From Heptranchias perlo (Eukaryota), in contig NC_090363.1 of the NCBI RefSeq assembly GCF_035084215.1, positions 10,976,001 through 11,040,000 on the forward strand: 64,000 nucleotides of DNA. Reading direction: 5' to 3'. The position numbers and the translations under genes are program-made. The notes under the pieces are model-generated. The model did not search any database and was not told where the DNA came from. It saw nothing but the letters and a program-made list of their open reading frames with translations. Numbering within the stretch: position 1 is the first letter of the stretch; each line of letters opens with the position of its first letter. Positions 26,834 to 41,370 of the stretch are shown here, one piece after another.

Positions 26834-29395
26834 TATATCACTCACAGTTATAACACACTCTGCTACACACCCCACCCTCACGATATTACACTCTGTCAGA
26901 ACACTGTCTGTTATACCCCCACCCTCACTATATCACTCACAGTTATAACACACTCTGCCACACACCCCACCCTCACGATATTACGCTCTGTCAGAACACT
27001 GTCTGTTATATACCCACCCTCACTATATCACTCACAGTTATAACACACTCTGCTACACACCCCACCCTCACGATATTACACTCTGTCAGAACACTGTCTG
27101 TTATACCCCCACCCTCACTATATCACTCACAGTTATAACACTGTCTGTTATACATCCACACTCACTATATCACTCGCATTTATAACACTGTCTGTTATAC
27201 ACCCACCCTCACTTTATCACTCTCAGTTTTTGCACTATTATACACCCCACTCTCACTATATCACTGTCTGTTTTAACACTGTCTGTTATACATTCCATCC
27301 TCACTATACCACTCACATTTATAACACTATCTATTATAAACCCTTCCCTCACTATATCACTCTCAGTTACAACACTGTTTGTTATACAACCACGCTCAGT
27401 ATATAACCCACTGTAATAACACATTCTATCATAAGCCCCACCATCACTGTATCACTCTCAGTTATAACACTGTCTGTTTTACACCCACCCTCACTCTATC
27501 ACTCTCAGTTATAACACTGTCTGTTTTACCCCCACCCTCACTATATCACTCTCAGTTATAACACTGTCTGTTATACACTAACCCTCACTATATAACCATC
27601 AGTAATAACATATTCTGTCATACACTCCACAATCACTGTATCACTTTGAGTTATAACACATCTATTATACACCCACCTTCACTTTATCACTCTCAGTTAT
27701 AACACTGTCTGTTATACCCCCACCCACTATATCACTCTCAATTAAAACACTGTCGATTTTACACCAACCCTCACTACATCACTCTCAGTTCTTACACTTC
27801 CAGTTATACACTCGCACTCATTATATCACTCTCAGTCATAACACTGTCTGTTAGAAAACCACACACAATAAATCACGCTGAGTTATATCACTGTCTGTTA
27901 TACACCCACCCTCACTATATCACTCTCAGTTTTAACATTGCCTTTTATACACCAACCGTCACTGTATCACTCTCAGTTTTTTTTATTCGTTCATGGGATG
28001 TGGGCGTCGCTGGCAAGGCCAGCATTTATTGCCCATCCCTAATTGCCCTTGAGAAGGTGGTGGTGAGCCGCCTTCTTGAACCACTGCAGTCTGTGTGGTG
28101 AAGGTTCTCCCACAGTGCTGTTAGGAAGGGAGGGTTATACACTGTTTGTTATACATCCCACCCTCACTATATCACTTTCAGTTATATCAGAGTCTGTTTT
28201 ACACCCACCCTCAGTACATCACTCTCAGATATAACACTGTCTGTTATATACCCACCCTCACTATATCACTCACAGTTATAACACTGTCTGTGATAAACTC
28301 CATCTTCAATATATCACTCTCAGTTATAACGTTGTCTGTTATACACCCACCCACACTATATCACTTGCAGTTATACGCTGTCTGTTATTCACTAACCCTC
28401 ACTATATAACCATCAGTAATAACATATTCTGTCATACACTCCACAATCACTGTATCACTTTGAGTTATAACACTGTCTATTATCAAACCTACCGTCACTG
28501 TATCACTCTGTTATAACACTATCTGTTATACACCCAACCATCACTAAATCGCTTTCAGTTATAACATTGTTTGTTGTATACCCATCCTAACTATTTCACT
28601 CAAAGTAATAAGACCATCTGTAATAAACCATACCCCCACTATAATACGCTCAGTTATAACACTGACTTTTATACACCCCACCCTCACTGTATCACTCTCA
28701 CTTTTAACACCCCCGAACCTCACAATATCACTCTCAGTTATAACACTGTCTGTTATACAACCAACCCGCTCAATATCACTCTCAGTTATAACACTGTCTG
28801 TTATACACCCAACCCATACTATATCACTTGTAGTTATAACACTGTCTGTTATTCACTAACCCTCACTATAATACTCTCAGTTATATCACTGTCTGTTATA
28901 CACCCCACCCGCAGTATATTACTCTCAGTTATAACTCTGCTGTTATACACCCACCCTCACTATATCACTCGCTGTTATAACACTGCCTTTTATATCCCTA
29001 ACCTCAAAATATATCTCTCAGTTATAATACTGTCTGTTCTACACACACCCTCACAATCTCACCCTCATTAATAACACTGTCTGTTATACACCCATCCTTA
29101 TTATATAACCCTCAGTTATAACACATTATGTTATACACCCACCCTCAGTGTATCACTCTCAGTTTTAACACTGTGTTATACACCCACCCACACGATATCA
29201 CTCTCAGTTAAAACAATGTCTGTTATACACCCACCCTCATCACTGACAGTTATAACATTGTCTGTTATACACTCCACCTTCACTGTATCACTCTCTGTTA
29301 TCACACTGTTTTTATACATCCACCCTCACTATATCACTCTCAGTTATAACACTGTCTGTAATACACTCCACCTTTAACATAACACTCTCTGTTAT

Positions 29396-29757
29396 TTGTA
29401 AACAATTTTACAATACCAAGTTATAGTCCAACAATTTTTATTTGAAATCTACAAGCTTTTGGAGGTTTCCTCCTTCCTCAGGTAAATGTTTCAGGAGCTC
29501 CTCGAAGCCTACGCATTTATACATATAGAACAATACATGGCGTTTACAGAATGCCCCTGCAACTGCCCGTTGCCAAGGCAATCACCGTGTTCAGACAGAG
29601 AGGTGTCACCGACAGAACCCCCGAATACACATTCAACAAAAAAACAAACAGGAAAAAAAACAGAGAGAGGCAGAAACATCCGGATGGCAGAGAAAGCCAG
29701 CAAATGACCCATTATATTAAAAACGGATAGCTTTTGTTCGCTGGTGGGGTAACGTGT
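29396..29757 (-). mobile_element. Duplicate of the 17582 PLE fragment (segmental duplication)
   Basis: Near-identical sequence and identical satellite junctions. Confidence 0.8.
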
Positions 29758-31356
29758 TATAACGTCTCTGTTATAACATTGTCTTTTATACACCCCTATC
29801 ACATGATATCACTCTCAGTTCGAACACATTTTGTTACACACCCACCCTCATTATAACACTCTCAGATAAAACACTGCCTGTTATACCCCCACCCTCACAA
29901 TATCACTCGCAGTTATAACGTTGTCTTTACACACCCACCCTCACGATATCACTCGCAGTTATAACACTGTCTGTTCTCCACCCACCCTCAATATATCACT
30001 CGCAGTTATAACATTGTCTGTTATACAACCACCCTCACGATATCACTCGCAGTTATAACGTTGTCTGTTACACACCCACCCTCACAATATCACTCACAGT
30101 AAAAACATTGTCTGTTACACACCCACCCTCACTATATCACTCACAGTTATAAGATTGTCTGTTACACACCCACCCTCACTATATCACTCACAGTTAGAAG
30201 ATTGTCTGTTACATACCCACCCTCACTATATCACTCACAGTTATAACACTGTCTGTTATAGACCCACCCTCACTATATCACTCACAGTTATAACACTGTC
30301 TGTTATTCACCCACCCTCACTATATCACTCTCACTTATAACACTGTCTGTTATACATCCACCCTCACTATATCACTCGCAGTTATAACACTGTCTGTTAC
30401 ACACCCACCCTCACGATATCACTCGCAGTTATAACGTTGTCTGTTACACACCCACCCTCACTATATCACTCACAGTTATAAGATTGTCTGTTATATACCC
30501 ACCCTCACTATATCACTCACAGTTATAACACTGTCTGTTATACACCCACCCTCACTATATCACTCGCAGTTATAACACTGTCTGTTATACACCCACCCTC
30601 ACTTTATCACTCTCAGTTTTTGCACTATTAAACACCCCACTCTCACTATACCACTGTCTATTTTAACACTGTCTGTTATACATTCCATCCTCACTATACC
30701 ACTCACATTTATAACACTATCTATTATAAACCCTTCCCTCACTATATCACTCACAGTTACAACACTGTTTGTGATACAACCACCCTCATTATATAACCCA
30801 CTGTAATAACACATTCGGTCAAAAGCCCCACCATCACTGAATCATTTTGAGTGATAACACTGTCTGTTATACACCCACCCTCATTATATCACTCTCAGTT
30901 ATAACACTGTCTTTTATAGCCCAAGCTCATGATATCACTTTCAGTTCTAACACATTTTGTTATACGCCCACCCTCACTATATCACTCGCAGTTATAACAC
31001 TGTCTGTTATGCCCCCACCCTCACCATATCACTCGCAGTTATAACACTGTCTGTTATTCCCCCACCCTCACTATATGGCTCTCAATCAAAACACTGTCTG
31101 TTTTACACCAACACTCACTACATCAATCTTTGTTCTAACATTTTCTGTGATACATTCACGCTCACTATATCACTAGCAGTTATAACAGTGCTTGTTATAC
31201 ACTGCCCCCTCTCACGATATCACTCTGTTATAACACTGTCTGTACACACCCACCCTCACTCTATCACTCGCAGTTATAACTCTGTCTGCTATACGCCCAC
31301 CCTCACTATATCTCTCTCTGTCATAACACTGTCTGTTACACACCCACCCTCACTAT

Positions 31357-31599
31357 GGGGGTGATTTTAAACCCCAAGAACGGGTGGGTTGGAGGCGGGT
31401 GGGAGTCGAAAATAGTTGTTTTTTGGGTCATGACCGCAACCCGGCTTTATTTCCGGGTTTAACGTCGGCACGGAAACATACAGGCTTCCCACTGGGAATG
31501 CCAAGTCCGAAAATGTTACAGTTACAAACCCAAAAAAAAACTATTTTCAACTCCCACCTGCTCCAAACCCACCCGTTCTTGGGGTTTAAAATCACCCCC
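31357..31599. mobile_element. Same MITE, co-duplicated copy
   Basis: Same junctions. Confidence 0.9.
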
Positions 31600-34500
31600 T
31601 ATATCACTCACAGTTATAACACACTCTGCTACACACCCCACCCTCACGATATTACACTCTGTCAGAACACTGTCTGTTATATACCCACCCTCACTATATC
31701 ACTCACAGTTATAACACACTCTGCTACACACCCCACCCTCACGATATTACACTCTGTCAGAACACTGTCTGTTATATACCCACCCTCACTATATCACTCA
31801 CAGTTATAACACACTCTGCTACACACCCCACCCTCACGATATTACTCTCAGTTATAACACTGTCTGTTATACATCCACACTCACTATATCACTCGCATTT
31901 ATAACACTGTCTGTTACACACCCACCCTCACTTTCTCACTTGCAGTTACAACACTGTCTGTTATATACCCACCCTCACTATATCACTCGCAGTTATAACA
32001 CTGTCTGTTATACACCCACCCTCACTTTATCACTCTCAGTTTTTGCACTATTATACACCCCACTCTCACTATACCACTGTCTGTTTTAACACTGTCTGTT
32101 ATACATTCCATCCTCACTATACCACTCACATTTATAACACTATCTATTATAAACCCTTCCCTCACTATATCACTCTCAGTTACAACACTGTTTGTTATAC
32201 AACCACCCTCAATATATAACCCACTGTAATAACACATTCTATCATAAGCCACACCATCACTGTATCATTTTGAGTTATAACACTGTCTACTATACCCCCA
32301 CCCTCACTATATCACTCTCAGGTATAACGCTGCCTGTTATACACTAACCCTCACTATATAATCATCAGTAATAACATATTCTGTCATACACTCCACAATT
32401 ACTGTATCACTTTGAATTATAACACTGTCTATTATACACCCACCTTCACTTTATCACTCTCAGTTATAACACTGTCTGTTATACACCCCACCCACTATAT
32501 CACTCTCAATTAAAACACTGTCGATTTTACACCAACCCTCACTACATCACTCTCAGTTCTTACACTTCCAGTTATACACTCACCCTCATTATATCACTCT
32601 CAGTCATAACACTGTCTGTTAGAAAACCACACACAATAAATCACGCTGAGTTATATCACTGTCTGTTATACACCCACCCTTACAATATCACTCTCAGTTT
32701 TAACATTGCCTTTTATACACCAACCGTCACTGTATCACTCTCAGGTTTTTTTATTCGTTCATGGGATTTGGGTGTCGCTGGCAAGGTCAGCATTTATTGC
32801 CCATCGCTAATTGCCCTTGAGAAGGTGGTGGTGAGCCACCTTCTTGAACCACTGCAGTCTGTGTGGTGAAGGTTCTCCCACAGTGCTGTTAGGAAGGGAG
32901 GGTTATACACTGTTTGTTATACATCCCACCCTCACTATATCACTTTCAGTTATATCAGAGACTGCTTTACACCCACCCTCAGTACATCGCTCTCAGTTAT
33001 AACGCTCTCTGTTATTTACCCACATACACTGAATCACTCTCAGTAAAAACACTGTCTGTGATAAACTCCACCTTCAATATATCACTCTCTGTTATAACAC
33101 TGTCTGCTATACACCCACCCTCATTATATCACCCTCAGTTATAACACTGTCTTTTATGCCCCAAGCTCATGATATCACTTTCAGTTCTAACACATTTTGT
33201 TATTCACCCACCCTCACTATATCACTCGAAGTTATACGCTATCTGTTATTCACTAACCCTCACTATATAACCATCAGTAATAACATATTCTGTCATACAC
33301 TCCACAATCACTGTATCACTTTGAGTTATAACACGTCTATTATATAACCCACCGTCACTTTATCACTCTCAGTTATAACACTATCTGTTATACACCCCAC
33401 CATCACTAAATCGCTTTCAGTTGAACCTCGGCAGTCTGTGTGGTGAAGGTTCTCCCACAGTGCTGTTAGGAAGGGAGGGTTATACACTGTTTGTTATACA
33501 TCCCACCCTCACTATATCACTCTCAGTTATATCAGAGACTGCTTTACACCCACCCTCAGTACATCGCTCTCAGATATAACACTGTCTGTTATATACCCAC
33601 CCTCACTATATCACTCTCAGTTATAACACTGTCTGTTATACACCCACCCTCACGATATCACTCGCAGTTGTACGCTGTCTGTTATACACCCACCCTCACT
33701 ATATCACTCGCAGTTGTACGCTGTCTGTTATTCACTAACCCTCACTATAAAACCATCAGTAATAACATATTCTGTCATACACTCCACAATCACTGTATCA
33801 CTTTGAGTTATAACATGTCTATTATACACCCACTGTCACTTTATCACTCTCAGATATAACACTGTCTGTTATACACCCCACCATCACTAAATCGCTTTCA
33901 GTTATAACATTGTTTGTTGTATACCCATCCTAACTATTTCACTCAAAGTAATAACACTATCTGTTATAAACCATACCCCCACTATAATACGCTCAGTTAT
34001 TACACTGACTTTTATACACCCCACCCTCACTTTATCACTCTCACTTTTAACAATGCCTTTTATATCCCTAACCTCAAAATATATCTCTCAGTTATAATAC
34101 TGTCTGTTCTACACACACCCTCACAATCTCACCCTCAGTAATAACACTGTCTGTTATACACCCATCCTTATTATATAACCCTCAGTTATAACACATTATG
34201 TTATACACCCACCCTCAGTGTATCACTCCCAGTTATAACACTGTCTGTTATACACCCACCCTCACAATATCACTCTCAGTTATAACGTTGTCTGTTATAC
34301 ACCCACCCTCACTATATCACTCTCAGTTATAACGTTGTCTGTTATACACCCACCCACACTATATCACTCTCAGTTATAACGTTGTCTGTTATACACCCAC
34401 CCTCATCACTGACAGTTATAACATTGTCTGTTATACACTCCACCTTCACTGTATCACTCTCTGTTATCACACTGTTTTTATACACCCACCCTAATTATAA

Positions 34501-36276
34501 CACTCTCAGTTATAACACTGTCTGTTATACACCCACCCTCACTATATCACTCTCAGTTTTAACATTGCCTTTTATACACCAACCGTCACTGTATCACTCT
34601 CAGTTTTTTTTATTCGTTCATGGGATGTGGGCGTCGCTGGCAAGGCCAGCATTTATTGCCCATCCCTAATTGCCCTTGAGAAGGTGGTGGTGAGCCGCCT
34701 TCTTGAACCATGCAGTCTGTGTGGTGAAGGTTCTCCCACAGTGCTGTTAGGAAGGGAGGGTTATACACTGTTTGTTATACATCCCACCCTCACTATATCA
34801 CTCTCAGTTATATCAGAGACTGCTTTACACCCACCCTCAGTACATCGCTCTCAGTTATAACACTGTCTGTTATATACCCACCCTCACTCTATCACTCTCA
34901 GTTATAACACTGTCTGTTATACACCCACCCTCACTATATCACTCGCAGTTATACGCTGTCTGTTATTCACTAACCCTCATTATATAACCATCAGTAATAA
35001 CATATTCTGTCATACACTCCACAATCACTGTATCACTCAGTACATCGCTCTCAGTTATAACACTGTCTATTATACAACCCACCATCACTTTATCACTCTC
35101 AGTTATAACACTGTCTGTTATACACCCCACCATCACTAAATCGCTTTCAGTTATAACATTGTTTGTTGTATACCCATCCTAACTATTTCATTCAAAGTAA
35201 TAACACTATCTGTTATAAACCATACCCCCACTATAATACGCTCAATTATAACACTGACTTTTATACACCCCACCCTCACTGTATCACTCTCACTTTTAAC
35301 ACTGTCTTTTATACCCCCTAACCTCACAATATCACTCTCAGTTATAACACTGTCTGTTATACACCCAACCCATACTATATCACTTGTAGTTATAACGCTG
35401 TCTGTTATTCACTAACCCTCACTTTAATACTCTCAGGTATAACACTGTCTGTTATACACCCACCCTCACTATATCACTCGCAGTTATATCGCTGTCTGTT
35501 ATTCACTAACCCTCACTATATAACCATCGGTAATAACACATTCTGTCATACACCCCACAATTACTGTATCACTTTGAGTTTTAACACTGTCTATTATACA
35601 CCCCACCCACTATATCACTCTCAATTAAAACACTGTCTATTTTACACCAACCCTCACGACATCAATCACAGTTCTCACACTTCCAGTTATACACTCGCCC
35701 TCACTATATCACTCTCAGTCATAACACTGTCTGTTAGAAAACCACACACAATAAATCACGCTGAGTTATATCACTGTCTGTTATGCACCCACCCTTACTA
35801 TATCACTCTCAGTTTTAACACTGCCTTTTATACACCAACCATCACTGTATCACTCTCAGTTTTTTTTTATTTGTTCATGGGATGTGGGTGTCGCTGGCAA
35901 GGCCAGCATTTATTGCCCATCGCTAATTGCCCTTGAGAAGATGGTGGGGAGCTGCCTTCTTGAACTACTGCTGTCTGTGTGGTGAAGGTTCCCCCAGAGT
36001 GCTGTTAGGTAGGGACGGTTATACACTGTTTATTGTGCATCCCACCCTCACTGTATCACCTTCAGTTATATCAGAGTCTGTTTTACACCCACCCTCAGTA
36101 CATCACTCTCAGTTAGAACACTGTCTGTTATACACCCACCCTCACTATATCGCTCACAGTTATAACACTGTCTGTTATACACCCACCCTCATTATATCGC
36201 TCACAGTTATAACACTGTGTTTATACACCCACCATCACTTAATCACTGTCAGTTATAACACTATCTGCTTGCTCTA

Positions 36277-36720
36277 GGGTACGGTAGCATTGTGGTTATC
36301 TTACTGGGCTAGTAATCCAGAGTCATGAATTCAAATCCTGCCATGACAGCTGGGGAATTTAAATTCAGTTCATTAAAAATTATAAAATACTGGAATAAAA
36401 GGCTAGTATCAGTAATGGTGACCTTAAAACCACTGGACTGTCATAAAAACCCAATCCTTCCTTTAGGAAGGAAATCTGCCGTCTTTACCCGGTCTGGCCT
36501 ATATGTGACACCAAACCCACAGCAATGTGGTTGATTCTTAATTGCCCTCGGAAATGTGCAATCTCTCAGTTATACAATCCTGCTACAAAAAGACCTCCAG
36601 CACATGGACTGCAGTGGTTCAAGGCAGTAACTCACTACCACCTTCTCAAGGGCAATGAGGGATGGGCAATAAATGCTGGCCTTGCCAGCAATGTCCATAT
36701 CCCAAGAAATTTTTTTTTAA
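36277..36720 (+). mobile_element. tRNA-headed SINE with LINE-like tail; co-duplicated at ~38431-38878 and ~40130-41762 (the last split by CR1)
   Basis: ggtagcattgtggtta...aattcaaatcctgcca head; 3' end caagggcaatgagggatgggcaataaatgctggccttgccagc is shared with the 44145 LINE. Confidence 0.8.
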
Positions 36721-39700
36721 AACATCACCCTCAGTTATAACACTGTTATACACCCAACCTCACTATATCGATAACACTGTCTGTTATACGCCACACCCTC
36801 ACTATATCACTCTCTGTTATAACACTGTCTGTTATAAACCCACCCTCACTATATCACTCACAGTTATAATACCATCCATTATACACCCCACCCTCAGTAT
36901 ATCACTCTCTGTTATAACATTGTCTTTTATACACCCCAAGCTCATGATATCACTCTCAGTGCTAACACATTTTGCAATACACCCACCGGCACTACATCAC
37001 TCTCAGTTATATCGCTGTCTGTTAATCACTAACCCTCACTACATAACCATCAGTAATAACACATTCTGTCATACACTCCACAATCACTGTATCACTTTGA
37101 GTTATAACACTGTCTATTATACACCCCACCATCACTAAATCGCTTTCAGTTATAACATTGTTTGTTGTATACCCATCCTTACTATTTCACTCAAAGTAAT
37201 AACACTATCTGTTATAAACCATACCCCCACTATAATACGCTCAATTATAACACTGACTTTTATACACCCCACCCTCACTGTATCACTCTCACTTTTAACA
37301 CCGTCTTTTATACCCCCTAACCTCACAATATCACTCTCAGTTATAACACTGTCTGTTATACACCCACCCTCACAATCTCACCCTCAGTAATAACACATTA
37401 TGTTATACACCCACCCTCAGTGTATCACTCGCAGTTAAAAGACTGTCTGTTATACACCCACCCTCACTATATCACTCTCAGTTATATCACTGTCTGTTAT
37501 ACACCCACCCTCACTATATCACTCTCAGTTATAACACATTATGTTATACTCCCCACCTGCAGTATATCACTCTCAATTAAAATACTGTCTATTTTACACC
37601 AACCCTCACTACATCACTCTCAGTTATAACGCTTTCTGTTATTCACTAACCCTCACTATATAACCCACTGTAATAACACATTCTGTCATACAGCCCACAA
37701 TCACTATATCACTTTGAGTTATAATACTGTCTATTATACACCCACCTTCACTTTATCACTCTCAGTTACAACACTGTCTGTTATATACCCCACTCACTAT
37801 ATCACTCTCAATTAAAACACTGTCTATTTTACACCAACCCTCAATACATCAATCACAGTTCTTACACTTCCAGTTATACACTCGCCCTCACTATATCACT
37901 CTCAGTCATAACACTGTCTGTTTGAAAACCACACACAATAAGTCACGCTGAGTTATATCACTGTCTGTTTTAACATTGCCTTTTATACACCAACTGTCAC
38001 TATATCACTCTCAGTTTTTTAAAATTTGTTCATGGGATGTGGACATTGCTGGCAAGGTCAGCATTTATTGCCCATCGCTAATTGCCCTTGAGAAGGTGGT
38101 GGTGAGCCGCCTTCTTGAACCATGCAGTCTGTGTGGTGAAGGTTCTCCCACAATGCTGTTAGGAAGAGAGTGTTATACACTGTTTGTTATACATCCCACC
38201 CTCACTATATCACTTTCAGTTATATCAAAGTCTGCTTTACACCCACCCTCAGTACATCACTCTCAGTTAGAACACTGTCTGTTATTTACCCACATACACT
38301 GAATCACTCTCAGTTATAACAATATCTGTTATACACCCACCCTCACTATATCGCTCACAGTTATAACACTGTGTTTATACACCCACCGTCACTTTATCAC
38401 TGTCAGTTATAACACTATCTGCTTGATCCAGGGTACGGTAGCATAGTGGTTATATTACCGGGCTAGTAATCCGGAGTCATGAATTCAAATCCTGCCATGA
38501 CAGCTGGGGAATTTAAATTCAGTTCATTAAAAATAATAAAATTCTGGAATAAAAGGCTAGTATCAGTAATGGTGACCATAAAACCACTGGATTGTCATAA
38601 AAACCCAATCCTTCCTTTTGGGAAGGAAACCTGCCGTCCTTACCTGGTCTGGCCTATATGTGACACCAAACCCACAGCAATGTGGTTGATTCTTAATTGC
38701 CCTCTGAAATGTGCAATCTCTCAGATATACAATCCTGCTGCAAAAAGACCTTCAGCACATGGACTGCAGTGGTTCAAGGCAGTAACTCACTACCACCATC
38801 TCAAGGGCAATGAGGAATGGGCAATAAATGCTGGCCTTGCCAGCAATGTCCATATCCCAAGAATAAATTTTTAAAAAACATCACCCTCAGTTATAACACT
38901 GTTATACACCCACCCTCACTATATCGATAACACTGTCTGTTATACAACCACCCTCACTATATCTATAACACTGTCTGTTATACACCCACCCTCAGTGTAT
39001 CACTCTCAGTTATAACATTGTCTGTTATTCGCCCCAAGCTCATGATATCACTCTCAGTTCGAACATTTTTTTATACACCCACCCTCACTATATCACTCTC
39101 AGTTATAACACTGTCTGTTATACACTAACCCTCACTATATAACCATCAGTAATAACACATTCTGTCATACAGCCCACAATCACTATATCACTTTGAGTTA
39201 TAATACTGTCTATTATACACCCACCTTCACTTTATCACTCTCAGTTATAACACTGTCTGTTATGTACCCCACCCACTATATCACTCTCAATTAAAACACT
39301 GTCGATTTTACACCAACCCTCACCACATCACTCTCAGTTCTTACACTTCCAGTTATACGCTCGCCCTCACTATATCACTCTCAGTCATAACACTGTCTGT
39401 TATAAAACCACACACAATAAATCACGCTGAGTTATATCACTGTCTGTTATACACCCACCCTCACTATATCACTCTCAGTTTTAACATTGCCTTTTATACA
39501 CCAACCGTCACTATATCACTCTCAGTTTTTTTTTATTCGTTCATGGGATGTGGACATTGCTGGAAAGGCCAGCATTTATTGCCCATCCCTAATTGCCCTT
39601 GAGAAGGTGGTGGTGAGCTGCCTTCTTGAACCATGCAGTCTGTGTGGTGAAGGTTCTCCCACAGTGCTGTTAGGAAGAGAGGGTTATACACTGTTTGTTA

Positions 39701-40190
39701 TACATCCCACCCTCACTATATCACTCTCAGTTATATCAGAGGCTGCTTTACACCCACCCTCAGTACATCGCTCTCAGATATAACACTGTCTGTTATATAC
39801 CCACCCTCACTATATCACTCACAGTTATAACACTGTCTGTTATACACCCACCCTCACTATATCACTTTCAGTTATATCAGAGTCTGCTTTACACCCACCC
39901 TCAGTACTTCGCTCTCAGATAGAACACTGTCTGTTATTTAACCACATACACTGAATCACTCTCACTTATAACACTGTCTGTTATACACCCACCCTCACTA
40001 TATCACTCACAGTTATAACACTGTCTGTTATACACCCACCCTCATTATATCGCTCACAGTTATAACACTGTGTTTATACACCCACCGTCACTTTATCACT
40101 GTCAGTTATAACACTATCTGCTTGCTCTAGGGTACGGTAGCATTGTGGTTATATTGCTGGGCTAGTAATCCGGAGTCATGAATTCAAATC

Positions 40191-41370
40191 ATAGAAGTTT
40201 ACAACATGGAAACAGGCCCTTCGGCCCAACATGTCCATGTCGCCCAGTTTATACCACTAAGCTAGTCCCAATTGCCTGCACTTGGCCCATATCCCTCTAT
40301 ACCCATCTTACCCATGTAACTGTCCAAATGCTTTTGAAAAGACAAAATTGTACCCGCCTCTACTACTGCCTCTGGCAGCTCGTTCCAGACACTCACCACC
40401 CTTTGAGTGAAAAAATTGCCCCTCTGGACCCTTTTGTATCTCTCCCCTCTCACCTTAAATCTATGCCCCCTCGTTATAGACTCCCCTACCTTTGGGAAAA
40501 GATTTTGACTATCGACCTTATCTATGCCCCTCATTATTTTGTAGACGTCTATAAGATCACCCCTAAACCTCCTACTCTCCAGAGAAAAAAGTCTCAGCCT
40601 ATCCAACCTCTCCCTATAAGTCAAACCATTAAGTCCCGGTAGCATCCTCGTAAATCTTTTCTGCACTCTTTCTAGTTTAATAATATCCTTTCTATAATAG
40701 GGTGACCAAAACTGTACACAGTATTCCAAGTGTGGCCTAACTAATGTCTTGTACAACTTCAACAAGACATCCCAACTCCTGTATTCAATGTTCTGACCAA
40801 TGAAACCAAGCATACTGAATGCCTTCTTCACCACCCTATCCACCTGTGACTCCACTTTCAAGGAGCTATGAACCTGTACTCCCAGATCTCTTTGTTCTAT
40901 AACTCTCCCCAACGCCCTACCATTAACGGAGTAGGTCCTGGCCCGATTTGATCTCCCAAAATGCATCACCTCACATTTACCTAAATTAAACTCCATCTGC
41001 CATTCATCGGCCCACTGGCCCAATTTATCAAGATCCCGTTGCAATCCTAGATAACCTTCTTCACTGTCCACAATGCCACCAATCTTGGTGTCATCTGCAA
41101 ACTTACTAACCATGCCTCCTAAATTCTCATCCAAATCATTAATATAAATACAAATAACAGCGGACCCAGCACCGATCCCTGAGGCACACCGCTGGTCACA
41201 GGCATCCAGTTTGAAAAACAACCCTCTGTCTTCTGCCGTCAATCCAATTTTGTATCCAATTGGCTACCTCACCTTGGATCCCGTGAGATTTAACCTTATG
41301 TAACAACCTACCATGCGGTACCTTGTCAAAGGCTTTGCTAAAGTCCATGTAGACCACGTCATTCCCCCAC
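40191..41370 (-). mobile_element. 5'-truncated CR1 LINE (RT C-terminal part, FADDTK motif), frameshifted
   Basis: ORF 40262-41242 contains ...SKFADDTKIGG...RPHLEYCVQFWSP...; flanked by the duplicated caaatc. Confidence 0.93.
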
